This document shows positions 1 through 24,766 of a stretch of DNA of 64,000 nt, one piece after another. Under the pieces are notes generated by a model. It was not told the origin of the DNA, searched no databases, and worked only from the letters and a program-made list of their open reading frames with translations. Source of the DNA: Anolis carolinensis (Eukaryota); NCBI RefSeq assembly GCF_035594765.1, contig NW_026943821.1:28099225-28163224 (forward strand). The letters run 5' to 3'. The position numbers and the translations under genes are program-made. Each line of letters opens with the position of its first letter. The stretch's first letter is position 1.

Positions 1-8752
<8,752 letters not shown>

Positions 8753-9621
8753 TCAAAAGACTTCGTTGAAATCATTCTTTCATGTCCAGGACACAAATGA
8801 GATCTACTTACTTACTTATTAGTTTTTCAAAAAACCAAATCAACTCTATTGCTGCTGTCAACAGAATTCACAGTAAAACCCATACAATTCAATATGGCCC
8901 AAACACACTCTAAACATATAATTAACATAAGTATATTAAAACCATACAATTATAACTTGTGACCCCAATACTCTAAGCAAAAAAAAATAGCTGTAATTTC
9001 TATAATAAATTTTTGTGTTAGAAAAAAGGAAAGGCATGATATTTGGGCATTCCTCCTAAACATAAAATGACTGATGGTTTAAGAAGCCTTCTATGAAGAT
9101 CACGATACAAGTGACACAAGAGAAAGAACTCCATGATACTGTATTTCCATGATTCTGGTTTACATTCTCGCCAAACATTCTGAAAAGTATATCGTAGCAA
9201 GCACTTCCAGACCCAAACACATACACACTACGTAAATATTTACATGTTGTAAAATCAAGACAAACAAACTGAAAGCATTTGCCTTCAGACTACGTTAAAG
9301 CAGACCAGAGGAGGAGCAGTCACGGTCCCACTACATTGTCAGTGTCACAAGCATCACTGAGAGATACCACAACCCAGGAGGCAAGGCGAGATGCAGTTAT
9401 GTTTTCCAGTGCCAACTACCCACTCTCGTTGTTGCAAAAGTTAATTTTAAAGATACGTACAGAAGCCATCAGAGTATAAGCTGCAAGTGATATAAAGTGT
9501 GTGATGTTTCTTAAATTCTTCAGCTAAACTTATTTAATTGAAGCTTTTTTGTTTTCAGCTGAACTAAGCACAAAGACACACAACAATGAAGCAGCGCTCA
9601 AGCAGAACCTGAATAATTTAA

Positions 9622-9717
9622 AAACACCCGATCTGTCTGATCTTGGAAACTAAGAAGGGTCAGCCTTGGTTAGTACCTGGGCGGGATACTGGCAATTAAT
9701 GTCAGGTGGTGTAGACT
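9622..9717 (+). pseudogene. Degenerate 5S rRNA-derived sequence (pseudogene or 5S-SINE head)
   Basis: cccgatctgtctgatcttggaaactaagaagggtcagccttggttagtacctgg aligns by eye to 5S rRNA; it lacks the 5' end and is diverged. Confidence 0.75.
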
Positions 9718-11439
9718 AATGAGCACAGTTCCCTATGAAAGTACTATAAAAATCTCTAGCGGGAGAATGGGGCACCACAGCTCTGGTCCCAGAGAGAAGA
9801 GGAGGAGCTGGCTTGCACACCAGTTCACTTACCCTGTGGATTTTGTCCCTCTTCCTTGTCCTCTTCCTGCATGCCATAAAGATTTGTTTTGGCTACGCAA
9901 AGGAAGATACTGAGACGAACAGAAACATGTAGCAAACTGGAAGGGGAGGAGGAACTAGCCCCACAAGCCTACCACATCCCTAGTCCAGCAGATTGGGTTC
10001 CTTTTCCTGTGTGCCACGTTTCTGCCTCCCTCTCTGCACCTCCCTTCCTGCACACAACACAAGAGACATGCACACAACACAAGAGGAAGATCAGCTGGAC
10101 ACATAGGGTGCCGCAAGTATGTATTTCACCCAGGAAAAGAAAGGGAGATACTGGGTGGAACAGAAACACTCTGCAAACCCGTCTCCTGAACAGCTCCCTG
10201 CTCTTTCAGGACTGAATTTCCCTTCCTAGGGGGAGATTTCTATCACTTCCTGTTTTCTCACCCCCATTCTTAACTATGAGTCATTCGCAAGTCGGATGTT
10301 TGTAACTCAGGGACTGCCTGTATACCGGTTTTCCCCTTTTCAAAATCTGCAAGATAGTTTAGAAATGATATACTCAATGTAGCAAAATCATAACAAAAAT
10401 ATTAGAAAGCTATGGGACAATAAATGGTATACCTATTGTGCCACATGAAGCAAATGAACCAGGCAAATTTTCCTGGTAAGGAAGGTTCACAAATTCAGTT
10501 CCATCGAAGTTTATCATCACATGCTTGGAGGGATAGGGAGAGAATTTCTTTCCAAACAGAAAACTCCTTGAATAGTGTTTGACTCCTGGGCTTCGCTATA
10601 GAAAGTATCAAACCGATCTTCTAGTACCTTCTCTCTAGTTAGAGCAATTTTTAGAAGATGCTCACAATCGGATTGGCAAGCTTACAAAGCAAAATAGGCT
10701 TACAATAAACATGTTATACGCGAGGGCACTCTTATGGCATTAAACCTTGGCGAAAGAAAACAACTTAAAGCTACATCATATGTCAAACAATGTCAAATAT
10801 GTAAATGCCATTTTATGTATCAGGAATGTGCAGCTGATCTAGAAAACATATCTGAAAGGTGTACAATTAGAAACATGATGATCCAGTGTAGATGTTAAGG
10901 CCCCAAGCTATCAAACTATTAAAATGCCTCCATCAGTATAAATCACAAACCTAAGTATATACCTTAGAATCTTTTTCAGACAGTCCACTTCAAAATCCAC
11001 TAAAATTTCATAGGTGGTTACTCAGGATATGGAATTTTAAATTCTAAGAAAAAACTGGAACTCCCTTTCTAAAGAGGTTTGGGTTTTTTTGTTTTTTTTA
11101 GTATTCGAAGTGCTTCTGCTATCTGGAAGCAGAAAGTGAACAAAGGATCTTTCTCTTTTCACCTCCTTTGCTGCAACTGGGGTCCTTCTATCAAGAGAAC
11201 CAGCAGGGGGAGATCTCCCCTTCCTTCTACAGTCCTCTGTGGATCCTCAAATCTGATTCTGGGGGGTTGCTGGACAGAGGGAAGGGGGAGAAAATCGTGT
11301 TGTGTTAGTATGCATCTGCTAGTGCATCACTGGATATAGTTCTCCGGCATACTCCTCCTATGGCTGTCCATAATGTTCAAGGAGCACTGAAAACAGCAAT
11401 TTTCAAACACTACTGACCGACTCATATAATGTGCAGGTA

Positions 11440-11566
11440 TATATTAACCTCTTTGCTTAGTTTTCTCCATACCTCACAACCTCTGAGGATGCCTGCCATA
11501 GATGTGGGCGAAACGTCAGGAGAGAATGCTTCTGGAACATGGCCACACAGCCATACAACAACCCAG
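11440..11566 (+). mobile_element. Penelope-like element terminal fragment with intact minimal hammerhead motif (11480-11520)
   Basis: cct-CTGAGGA-t-gcctgc-catagat-gtgggc-GAAA-c-GTC-agg. Confidence 0.75.
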
Positions 11567-13469
11567 GAAGGAGAAAGTCCTCCTCTGGTATGATAACTGG
11601 GTAGGGTCAATTCTCAAACCCTCACTACAGCAGCAAAAATGGCAGATGGAATAGATAGTAAAGTATATTGGGATTTCAGAGCTAGCGAAATGAAATACAC
11701 CCTATCACATCCTCAGGAGTGTGAGGAAGTCCAAAGCATACTTCAAATGCATTCAGAAATACAAGCTATTTTTGAGCCCCAGTTTGGGCGGGGGGGGGGG
11801 GGGGGGAGGGAGAGATTATCCAACACCTTATAGATCCAAAGATAAGATATTGATTTTAATAAACAAACACACTGCTATGCAGGGGGAGGCATGGAAGTAA
11901 AAACAGTTCTATGGTTATTTGCAAAATTACTTTAAGACAACATAAAGTCTCCAATTAGTTAAAAACCAATGTGTTATAAATACTAATTCTCTCGACTGGT
12001 CTTCTGGTTGAGGATAGAGGAGCTAGGTCCTTATAGCCAGACTGCTCTCCAGCAACTAGTTGTACTGATACAGTTTTAAGGAACTCTGGGGTTAATGTGA
12101 AACACTGCAATTTTACAACGAAAAAGTTGGAACTTTTTTTCTATACCGCTACATGGGCAACTTGGCTACCCCAAAGACAATCTCAATGTAAGTGAGTGAA
12201 AATAGCATGTCTCACTTCAGAGTGGCTGCCCATACAGACTTTACAAGCAGAGAGGACAAACTGAACAATAAGGGTTAAGCTTACTTGGTACAACAAAAAT
12301 ATTAGCTATTGCACAACTATATTAAATTGTCCCCTAGACAACTAGGAGCCCATGTGGTGTTATAGTTAAATTAATAGCAGACACAAGCCAAATCAAATCA
12401 GTTCTGAGCCTCAATGGGTAATTACAACACCAGGCATGGTCTCTTTTCGCTTACCCAGCCCCACAGGGTTGTTGTAAAGTAAGAAAGGGATTGTGGTAAA
12501 AATTAACCGTACAAGACACACTGTTTTTTGGATTAATATTTAGATAAAGACATGCTTTTGTCTGATCATCTCAGAATCAAAGAAAAGATCATATATTTGT
12601 GCAATCACGCATCCAACTATTTTTCAGGCATGGGACTCAAAACTAGTAACTATTTACAAATGTTCACACCAATCTAAGAAAGTTCAAAACTTCCTTCTAG
12701 CATAAGTAAGGAAATCCTCGAAAGAGCAATCTTGACAGGTCACTGGAAGCGCAACAAGGAATACACTTGTTGCAAGTTTAAAACTAAAGTACATTTACAT
12801 TATCACAAGAAATTGGACTACTTCTGAATTAAGGATTTCTAAATTACTATTGTCAGGATGAAACACATGGCCAATCTCTGCCTACTCATTAAATCGGGCC
12901 TCTTCTGCTTTCCAATATTATCCCAAAATCCATACTGTGGTAATACTTTTATTTGTTCAGTGGCACAGTAAGGATTATGGACTCTACACGGCTAAACCAG
13001 AATGATCTGTTAATATACTCTCTCAATCATCCTGTGTCTGTGTATCTTCAAGTCCCTGTCAACCAATGGTGAGTACATGACAGTCACAGGATTTTTTAAA
13101 GTTAAGGAGTACTGTACTCAGAGGCAGTTTTGCCAGTTCCTCTCTTTGAAATGTAGCCTATAGCACCAGGAATATGACTATTGTGAGAACACAAAACGAG
13201 TAATCTACAAAGGATGAAACCAGCAGTGGGCAACTTCAGACTCTCTAGATGGATTGCGGAATTCCTAACCGGCTGTTAGGAATTGTGGGAGTTGAAGTCC
13301 AAAACACCTGGAGGGAAGGCTGAAGTTGGCCCATGCCTGATATGCAATATACCATATTTTAAATAATTTTGTGCATGAAATAATAATAGGACTCTGGATA
13401 AGAGATGCCCAACCTGTATCCTGGGACTGCCTAAATGAGCACTTTTGTTTTGAATTATGAAACTAGACA

Positions 13470-13745
13470 GGCAGCATAATGTAATGACTTGAGCCCTGGA
13501 TTAGAACTCGGGAGACCAGGGTTCAAATCCCTACTCTGCAATGGAAACCCACTGGATTACCTTGAGCAAGTCTTTCACCTCAGAGAAGAAAAAGGCAGCA
13601 CCCTCTGAACAAAGCCGGCTGAGAAAACCCCATGACAGGTTCACCTTAGGGTTGTCACAAGTCAGTAACAACTCGAAGAAACATAACAATCCCATGACAG
13701 GGTCACCATAAATCGGGCATGATTGAATGCACACAAGAAGCAACA
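13470..13745 (+). mobile_element. tRNA-derived SINE
   Basis: tRNA B-box-like gggttcaaatccc followed by a squamate SINE-like body with a duplicated tail. Confidence 0.55.
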
Positions 13746-13889
13746 AACTAAGAAGACAGGGGCAACTGTATGAATCATCTCTAAGGTCCGGATCAGTCTT
13801 AAAGCCTCACCACGCTAGAGCATGGATCCACTTTGAATCTGATTTCACAATTAATATATAGCATCCAGACACACATATCCACACAACCA

Positions 13890-14620
13890 AGGGCCCTTCC
13901 ACACAGCCTAATATCCCAGAGTATCAAGGCAGAAAATCCCATAATATCAGCTTTGAACTGTGTTATCTGAGTGCACACTGCCATATATTGCAGTTCAGAG
14001 CAGACCGTGTGGGTTATTCTCCTTTGATAATCTGGGTTATATGGCTGTGTGGAAGGGCCCTGAGTCCACACTGCCAGATAACCCAGAATATCAAGGCAGA
14101 TCAGACACGATCTCTGTTTTGAACTGGGTTGCCTGTGTCCACACTGGCAGATAACCCAGTTCAGTGTGTACACAGCTGTGTGGAAGGGGCCTTAGGGCGC
14201 TGAGTCCACTCTGTCAGATAACCCAGTTCAGTGTTGATTGTATACAGCTGTGTGGAAGAAGCTTTAGGACCCTTCCATACAGCCAGAGAACCCAGAATAT
14301 CAAGGCAGATCAGACACGGTCTCTGCTTTGAACTGTGTGTCTGAGTCCACACTGGGAGATAACCCAGTTCAATGATGTTTGTATACAGCCATATACCCCA
14401 GAATATGGCAGATCAGACACAATCTCTGCTGTGAACTGGGTTACCAGAGTCCACACTGCCAGATAACCCAGTTCAGTGTGTACACAACTGTGTTGAAGGA
14501 GCCTTAGGGCCCTTCCACACAGCCACATAACCCAGATTATCAAGGCAGATCAGACACGGTCTCTGCTTTGAACTGTGTTGCGGAGTCCACACGGCCAGAT
14601 AACCCAGTTCAGTGTGGGTT
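13890..14620. repeat. Irregular tandem array of MITE fragments (gggcccttccacacagc...cccagaatatcaaggcag)
   Basis: Repeated gagtccacactgccagataacccagttc and aatatcaaggcagatcagacac units in mixed order next to the PUM1 CpG island. Confidence 0.8.
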
Positions 14621-15345
14621 CGAGCCCATCTATCCGTGCGGAGGGGGCCGGGAAGCACACCAAGTTCGCCCCACTCGGGTTTCCTGCCTAGAGGCCCGGG
14701 CAGGAGCCCGCAACGAGGCGAGGCCTAGGCGTGTTTACAGCCTGTTCTCCTCCTCCGCCGCCGCCCCCTCCCCTCGCCGCCCCCTCGTTCCCTCCCGTCT
14801 CGAAGGGAGACAATGAGGCCCAGCCCGGAGGCCCGATCCTCGGCCTGCTCGCCCTCCCTCCCTCCCTCCCTCGCTCCCTCGCGGCCTGGGCCTTCGCTTC
14901 CGGGAACAACAATAGAGGCCTGGCTGGGCCCGGACGCCTCCCGGCCCCCGCCGCCCGCCCCCGGCCCGCTCCCCGCCCAAGACGGCTCCTCGGCCGGGCT
15001 CCCCGAGCGCCCCCCTCCCGCCCGCGCCCGCTCCGGCCCCGGTACTCACGGGCGGGGCGGCGCGATGGCGACGGATGCAGCGGCCCCCTCCCCGGGCCTC
15101 TCCTCTCGCTCTCCGCCGGCCTACTGCCTGCCTGCCTGCCCGCCCGCCCGCTCGCTCGCCTGCCCGCTCGCCCGCCCGCCTGCCTGCCTGCCTGCCTGCC
15201 GCTCCCCCTTCCTCTCACTCCGACAACATGGCCGCCCGCTCGGGGCTCCCCGCGCCGCGCTGCACCCTGGGAAGGGTAGGCGCCGGCACACAGGCCTCGC
15301 TCGCTCGCTCGCTCTTTCGCTCACGCGCAGGCGCGCGCACTGACA
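14620..15345. promoter_or_regulatory. CpG island / PUM1 promoter
   Basis: Very GC- and CpG-rich stretch around exon 1, with GC boxes and an NRF1-like GCGCAGGCGC near 15325. Confidence 0.85.
15050..15245 (-). other. PUM1: PUM1 non-coding first exon (start approximate)
   Basis: Donor GTGAGT at 15049-15044 inside a CpG island. The sequence GCCATGTTGTCGGAGTGA resembles the mammalian PUM1 5' UTR as I recall it. Exon 2 acceptor at 8736. Confidence 0.8.
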
Positions 15346-15347
15346 GG

Positions 15348-15422
15348 AAGGCCCAGCTCTCCTCAGACACGAAGCCCAGGCGCTTGGGCCTCCTCCAGGA
15401 ATGGATGGAAGGTACATAGCAA

Positions 15423-15496
<74 letters not shown>

Positions 15497-15842
15497 TTGA
15501 TATGTCACAAATGGGAAGAGTTAGGTATTCAGATTTGAACCCCAGAGACTTAGGCCTAAGGGGCAGGCCTGCTCCTGGAATGGAAAGAAGGTTCATAGGA
15601 AAATAATAATAATAATATAAGGCCCAGCTCTCTTCAGACACGAAGGCCAGGCGCTTGGGCCTCCTCCTGGAGTGGATGGAAGGTACATAGCAAATATAAT
15701 AATAATAATAATAATAATATTGATATGTCACAAATGGGAAGAGTTAGGTATTCAGATATGAACCCTGTCCTAGTCAGAAACGAAACCCAGGCGCTTGGGC
15801 CTCAGGGGCACCAGGCCTGCTCCTGGAATGGATGGAAGGTAC

Positions 15843-15899
<57 letters not shown>

Positions 15900-15990
15900 G
15901 TAGTCCCAGTTCTAGTCAGAGATGAACTCCAGGCACTTGGGCCTAAGGGGCAGGCCTGCTCCTGGGAAAGAAGTTACATAGGAAATACAT
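15348..15990. repeat. Tandem duplication with embedded (AAT)n upstream of PUM1
   Basis: aaggcccagctctc..cagacacga..gcgcttgggcct..ggatggaaggtacatag(aat)n repeated with a period of about 270 nt plus partial units. Confidence 0.8.
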
Positions 15991-15997
15991 AATATAA

Positions 15998-16536
15998 TCT
16001 ATATATATAAAAGAGTGATGGCATCAGGGCAGCGGACAAAACAACAAAACTACAGGCCCCCCAATCTCGAAATTTGACAACACAACCCATCATCCACGGC
16101 TCTAGGTTGATACAACAAAAAGAAAAGAAAAATAAAGTCCTAATTAGAGGGAGAGGAATAATTGTTTTTATCCAATTGCTGCCAGTTAGAAGGCTAAGCT
16201 CCGCCCACTTGGTCTCCTAGCAAATCACTCAGCCCAGGGGACAGGCACAGTTAGGCCTCACTTAGGCCTCTTCCACAGATTATCAGATTTTAACTGGATT
16301 ATATGGCAGTGTAGACTCAAGGCCCTTCCAAACAGCAATATAACCCATTTAGAATCTTATATTATCTACTTTGAACTGGATTATCTTGACTCCACACTGC
16401 CATATAATCCACTTCAGTGTGCATACTAAACATAAAGACAACCATACAACAGACATTCAATACCACCACTACCTCAACAATTTCTCACCAACACCACCAG
16501 ACAACGCCACAGCAACGCGTGGCTGGGCACAGCTAG
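15998..16536 (+). mobile_element. Non-autonomous Helitron
   Basis: 5' TC, 3' hairpin ccacagcaacgcgtgg then CTAG, inserted between A and T, no TSD. Confidence 0.8.
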
Positions 16537-16684
16537 TATATAATAAAATAATATGTTACAAATGGGATTTATTTATCGTATCAGAAACCAAACTGAGGGT
16601 ACGGTTGTAATGTATTTAGAAACACAAACAATGTTAAAAACTTGACCTTGTACTAAATACCCTTTGACCAGAAGCTGGTCACTT

Positions 16685-16966
16685 GGAGTGCCTCTGGTGT
16701 CGCTGTTAAACCACTGAGCTGCTGAACTTGCTGACCGAAAGGTTGGTGGTTCAAATCTGGGGAGTGGGGGGAGCTCCCACTGTTAGCCCTAGTTTCTGCC
16801 CACCTAGCAGTTCAAAAACATGCAAATGTGAGTAGATCAACAGGTACCGCTCCGGTGGGAAGGTAACGGCGCTACATGCAGTCCTGCTAGTCTTCGGCTT
16901 AGAAAAGGAGATGAGCACCAACCCACAGTCGGACACAACTAAGCTTAACGTCACAGGAAAATTTCC
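16685..16966 (+). mobile_element. Sauria SINE
   Basis: ttaaaccactgagctgctgaacttgctgaccgaaaggtt..gcaaatgtgagtagatcaa..atgagcaccaacc matches the Sauria SINE consensus as I recall it. Confidence 0.85.
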
Positions 16967-17341
16967 TGAGAAACATCAGGGCTCATGTTGCTTAAGAGGA
17001 GAGGTGCAAACTGGGCAAACCTCCAGATGCTTTCAGATTCCGGCTTCCATTATCCCGCATGCTGTTAAATATACTGAAAATTGGAATCTCGCAGCATTTG
17101 GGGAGCACGTATTTCCCTCTTAGAAATATACAGATTTTAAAGAAATGAATAAAACAATTCACAGATGGGCGGATCAAAAGAAGCAAAAGAGCCTCAAAGG
17201 AAGTACAAAAACACAATTCATTTTAATCATTTTCAGTGCACAAAATCAGAAAAAGTCACAAATTTAAAACAGCTATTATTAAACATATCTTACTTTTAGT
17301 GTTATACAACAAGGGGGGAAAATTGACATTACAAATGCAAT

Positions 17342-17347
17342 TTTATT
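17342..17347 (-). terminator. Likely NKAIN1 polyadenylation signal AATAAA
   Basis: tttatt on the plus strand about 1.9 kb past the stop codon, after an AT-rich UTR-like stretch. Confidence 0.55.
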
Positions 17348-19264
17348 TAAAACCAACCCAAGTTTTAAAAAGACATTTCCAAGCACCAGTGCCTGAATTT
17401 GTGAAGTTTTCAAAGACAAGGAAGGAGGCCGGAGTGCAAGAGAAAAATCAATGCTTCTATCAAACCTGTAATTGTGGCCATCCAGGGGCCTCCCTTCAGT
17501 AGACACGCACTTTACACATGTTTAAGAAAAGGAGATGGAGCACATAATAACTTTAAAATACCAGTAACACTAGATTGATTTTTTTCATTCATTTTTCACT
17601 CTTAATATTAAAAATAACTAAATTCCAAATAAATCAACCAGCAGGCTGCATTTGGGCTCCTGCTGACCTGGGAATATATCCCTTTGAAATAACTGGGACA
17701 AGCAAACATGTAGAACATCCTCTCCCAACTTCATGTCCTGTAGATATACTAGACAATTCCCCATAACCATTCTCATTGCTATCACCATTCTGGCTGGGGA
17801 TGATGGGAACTATAGCCCAGTCCATGTGGCAGGCATTACTTAGGGGGATTCTGGTATCTAAGATCAGGCTGCATTTCGTAAATACACTGTCAATGCAAAA
17901 GGTGCTTAAAAAGTCAACATCATAACCACTGGCTACAAAAAGCAGCGCATCACTGTGATGCTATGTTATCACTGCTGATGGTCGGAAGTTGCCACCGTAG
18001 GGAAAACGTACCCCAAAATGAGACTTTCCCCAAAGATGTCATTGTGCAAGTATTGAAAATGTCTGGGTGACAGCAAGATTTATGGAAGACTAAGTGTTGT
18101 GTGGGAGCGACATCCTGGAAGTGGAAAATCTCCAATCCACTCTGCAGTGGTCTGCAATGGCATGTTAGAAAGGTTGACATTTTGAATCAAGGGGAAGGGG
18201 TGTGCCCACTTTCAAAAGGAAACCCAAAAGCAGCGGTTAGTAAATGAATACACAAACCCCTCTGATGAGGAATGTATCACAGTAAACAAAATATTTTCCA
18301 GCCAAAATATGTTCTGGGAAGCATCAAATCACATTATCAGCCTGCACTGGGGACCTTTTTGAGATGGAAAAAAATTGCAGCAAAATCCACATACTTTTCA
18401 AAACACATACATGTGAAATTCTTTCTTCATGTTTAAGACACAATTGTTTCCTGATACTTGTGTGGTTCATTTTCAACTAATATTTAAAGTTATGGTACTT
18501 TTCTTTCCCTGCTGGGGTCTGCATGTTGACAGAACCTTATCCAGTAGTTAGTACCAGGGATATATCTTTGCTCTTTCTATGAATTTGATACCCTTTTCTC
18601 CTTCTCTGATCTGTGAGCCATAAAGAAATGAATGTGTCACCCAACAAAGTATTCCCTTGATGTGATTGTAGTTGGGTGTTGCGATGTATGACGGAGTTGC
18701 AATGCCTTTTGCTCAGAAACACATGAGATAGTAGGCAGTGATTTGGAACAAGCAGAATAGAAAATAGACGACATGGGTCTTCTTCGGAAAGGGTTTCTCC
18801 TTATTTCTCTGAAACACAGTATTATTTGCCTTATTTCAAGGTTCATGATCCACTGGGCTGATACCAGCAGCACTACAAACACTGACCAGCAGGTGGGGTG
18901 TTGACCTTTTGGTTCATTGGTCTTGGAATAGCAACAATTTAATCTCTCACAATGTCTGAGGATGCCTGCCATAGATGTGGGAGAAACGTCAGGAGAGAAT
19001 ACTTCTGGAACATGGCCATACAGCCCGAATAACACACAACAACCCAATTTAATCTCTGCTCTGTTTGAAAACTGTTGTGTCTCTCCAAATACAGAAGCTA
19101 AGGAAGCGTGAGAAGGCAAGGAGTTGTCCATTTTCTGTAGGCCACTGCAAATATCTTTCCTTGCTATTTTTATTTTTCATGGTGTCATGACACGTGGTGC
19201 ACTGCACTGGCTTGCCGTTTTGCAAATTTACCCAAGGGACAGTTCACTGTAGGTAAGGAAACAG

Positions 19265-23653
<4,389 letters not shown>

Positions 23654-24426
23654 GGCCCCGCCGGCCGGCCGGCCTGCCTGCCTTGCTTCCTTCCTCCCTC
23701 TTTCCCTCCCTGGCCGGGCAGCCTCACCCCAAGGCCGCCCACACGCTGCCACGGACCCGCATCATCCACAGACACAGGCGGGGAGGCCTCCTTCCTTCCC
23801 TTTCCCTTTCTTTCCTTTTCTCTCCCTTTCCTTCCCTCCCACTCTCCCTTTCTTTTCTTCCTTCCCTTCCTCTCCTCCGCTGAGGCCTTTTGTCTCTGCC
23901 CGCAGCCCCTGAGAAGCCCACGAGGGAGGGGAGGGAGGGGAGGAGGGAGGGCACCCGGCCCCACGCTTCCTTCCTTCCTTCTCGAGGTGCCCGCCTCTCC
24001 GTGCGTGCCTGTACGTGGGTGGGTGGGTGGGTAGTAGGTGGGCAGCAGTGAGGAGGAGGGGAGGAAGGAGGGATGCTACCATAGGATTTATCTAAAGCAG
24101 CTCTTGCCTAGCTTCGGTCCTCTCTCCAGGCGTTTTGGACTGCAACTCCCACCATTCCTAACAGCCTCAGGCCCCTTCCTCTTCCTTCAGCCGCTTAAGC
24201 TTGCCTGTGTCTGAGCTTAAGGATAAATCCTGTAGTAACCAGATGGAATACCATGTGTACACTGCTATCCCCTATGGGATTTTCCTTATTTTACATTCAA
24301 TGATACTTGAGTAAATATGAGTGTATTCTCTCTCTTATGTATTATCACCCCCATCTTCTGTGTTGATTTAATGTCGTGATAACAACAACAAAAAAGCAGG
24401 CAACAGTAAATCCTGTTTACACAGTT

Positions 24427-24432
24427 TTTATT
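24427..24432 (-). terminator. Likely distal SNRNP40 polyadenylation signal (a proximal AATAAA lies at 24725-24730)
   Basis: AATAAA on the minus strand followed by a GU/U-rich tract (ttttttgttgttgtt). Confidence 0.6.
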
Positions 24433-24766
24433 TTTTTTTTCTCAGTATAAAAGTGACCAAACAACCTCATGAAAAGTAAACAATACTAAAGACCACTCAA
24501 AATTGAATTTCCAACTAAAAGCAACCTCTTACATCCCTCCCAAGCACCAAAGGATTCTGGACCGTTGGCCTTTTTTAAATCTTCTGAAAACATGGTCAAA
24601 TGTTCAAGGAGGGTTTTGTTTAAAACACGGGAGGTTTAGATGTAATTCTTCATAGAGAAATGGTAATGCCATCATCCTATCTTCCATTTCGATGTTTGGG
24701 GCAATCCACATAGGTCAGGATTAATTTATTCTTGCAGTAACCATCTCGGGTTTCTTCTGTTTCTCT

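Noticed and set aside
9622-9717. Functional 5S rRNA gene
   Set aside because: Truncated, diverged, single copy and without an oligo-T terminator.
14688-15419. Several 100-180 aa Pro/Arg/Gly-rich ORFs (also 23138-24082, 43426-44511, 58561-59782)
   Set aside because: Stop-poor CpG islands and simple repeats; no recognisable domains beyond the first exons already assigned.
15420-15500. Poly-Ile/Tyr/Asn/Leu ORFs across the window
   Set aside because: Translations of (TAA)n microsatellites.
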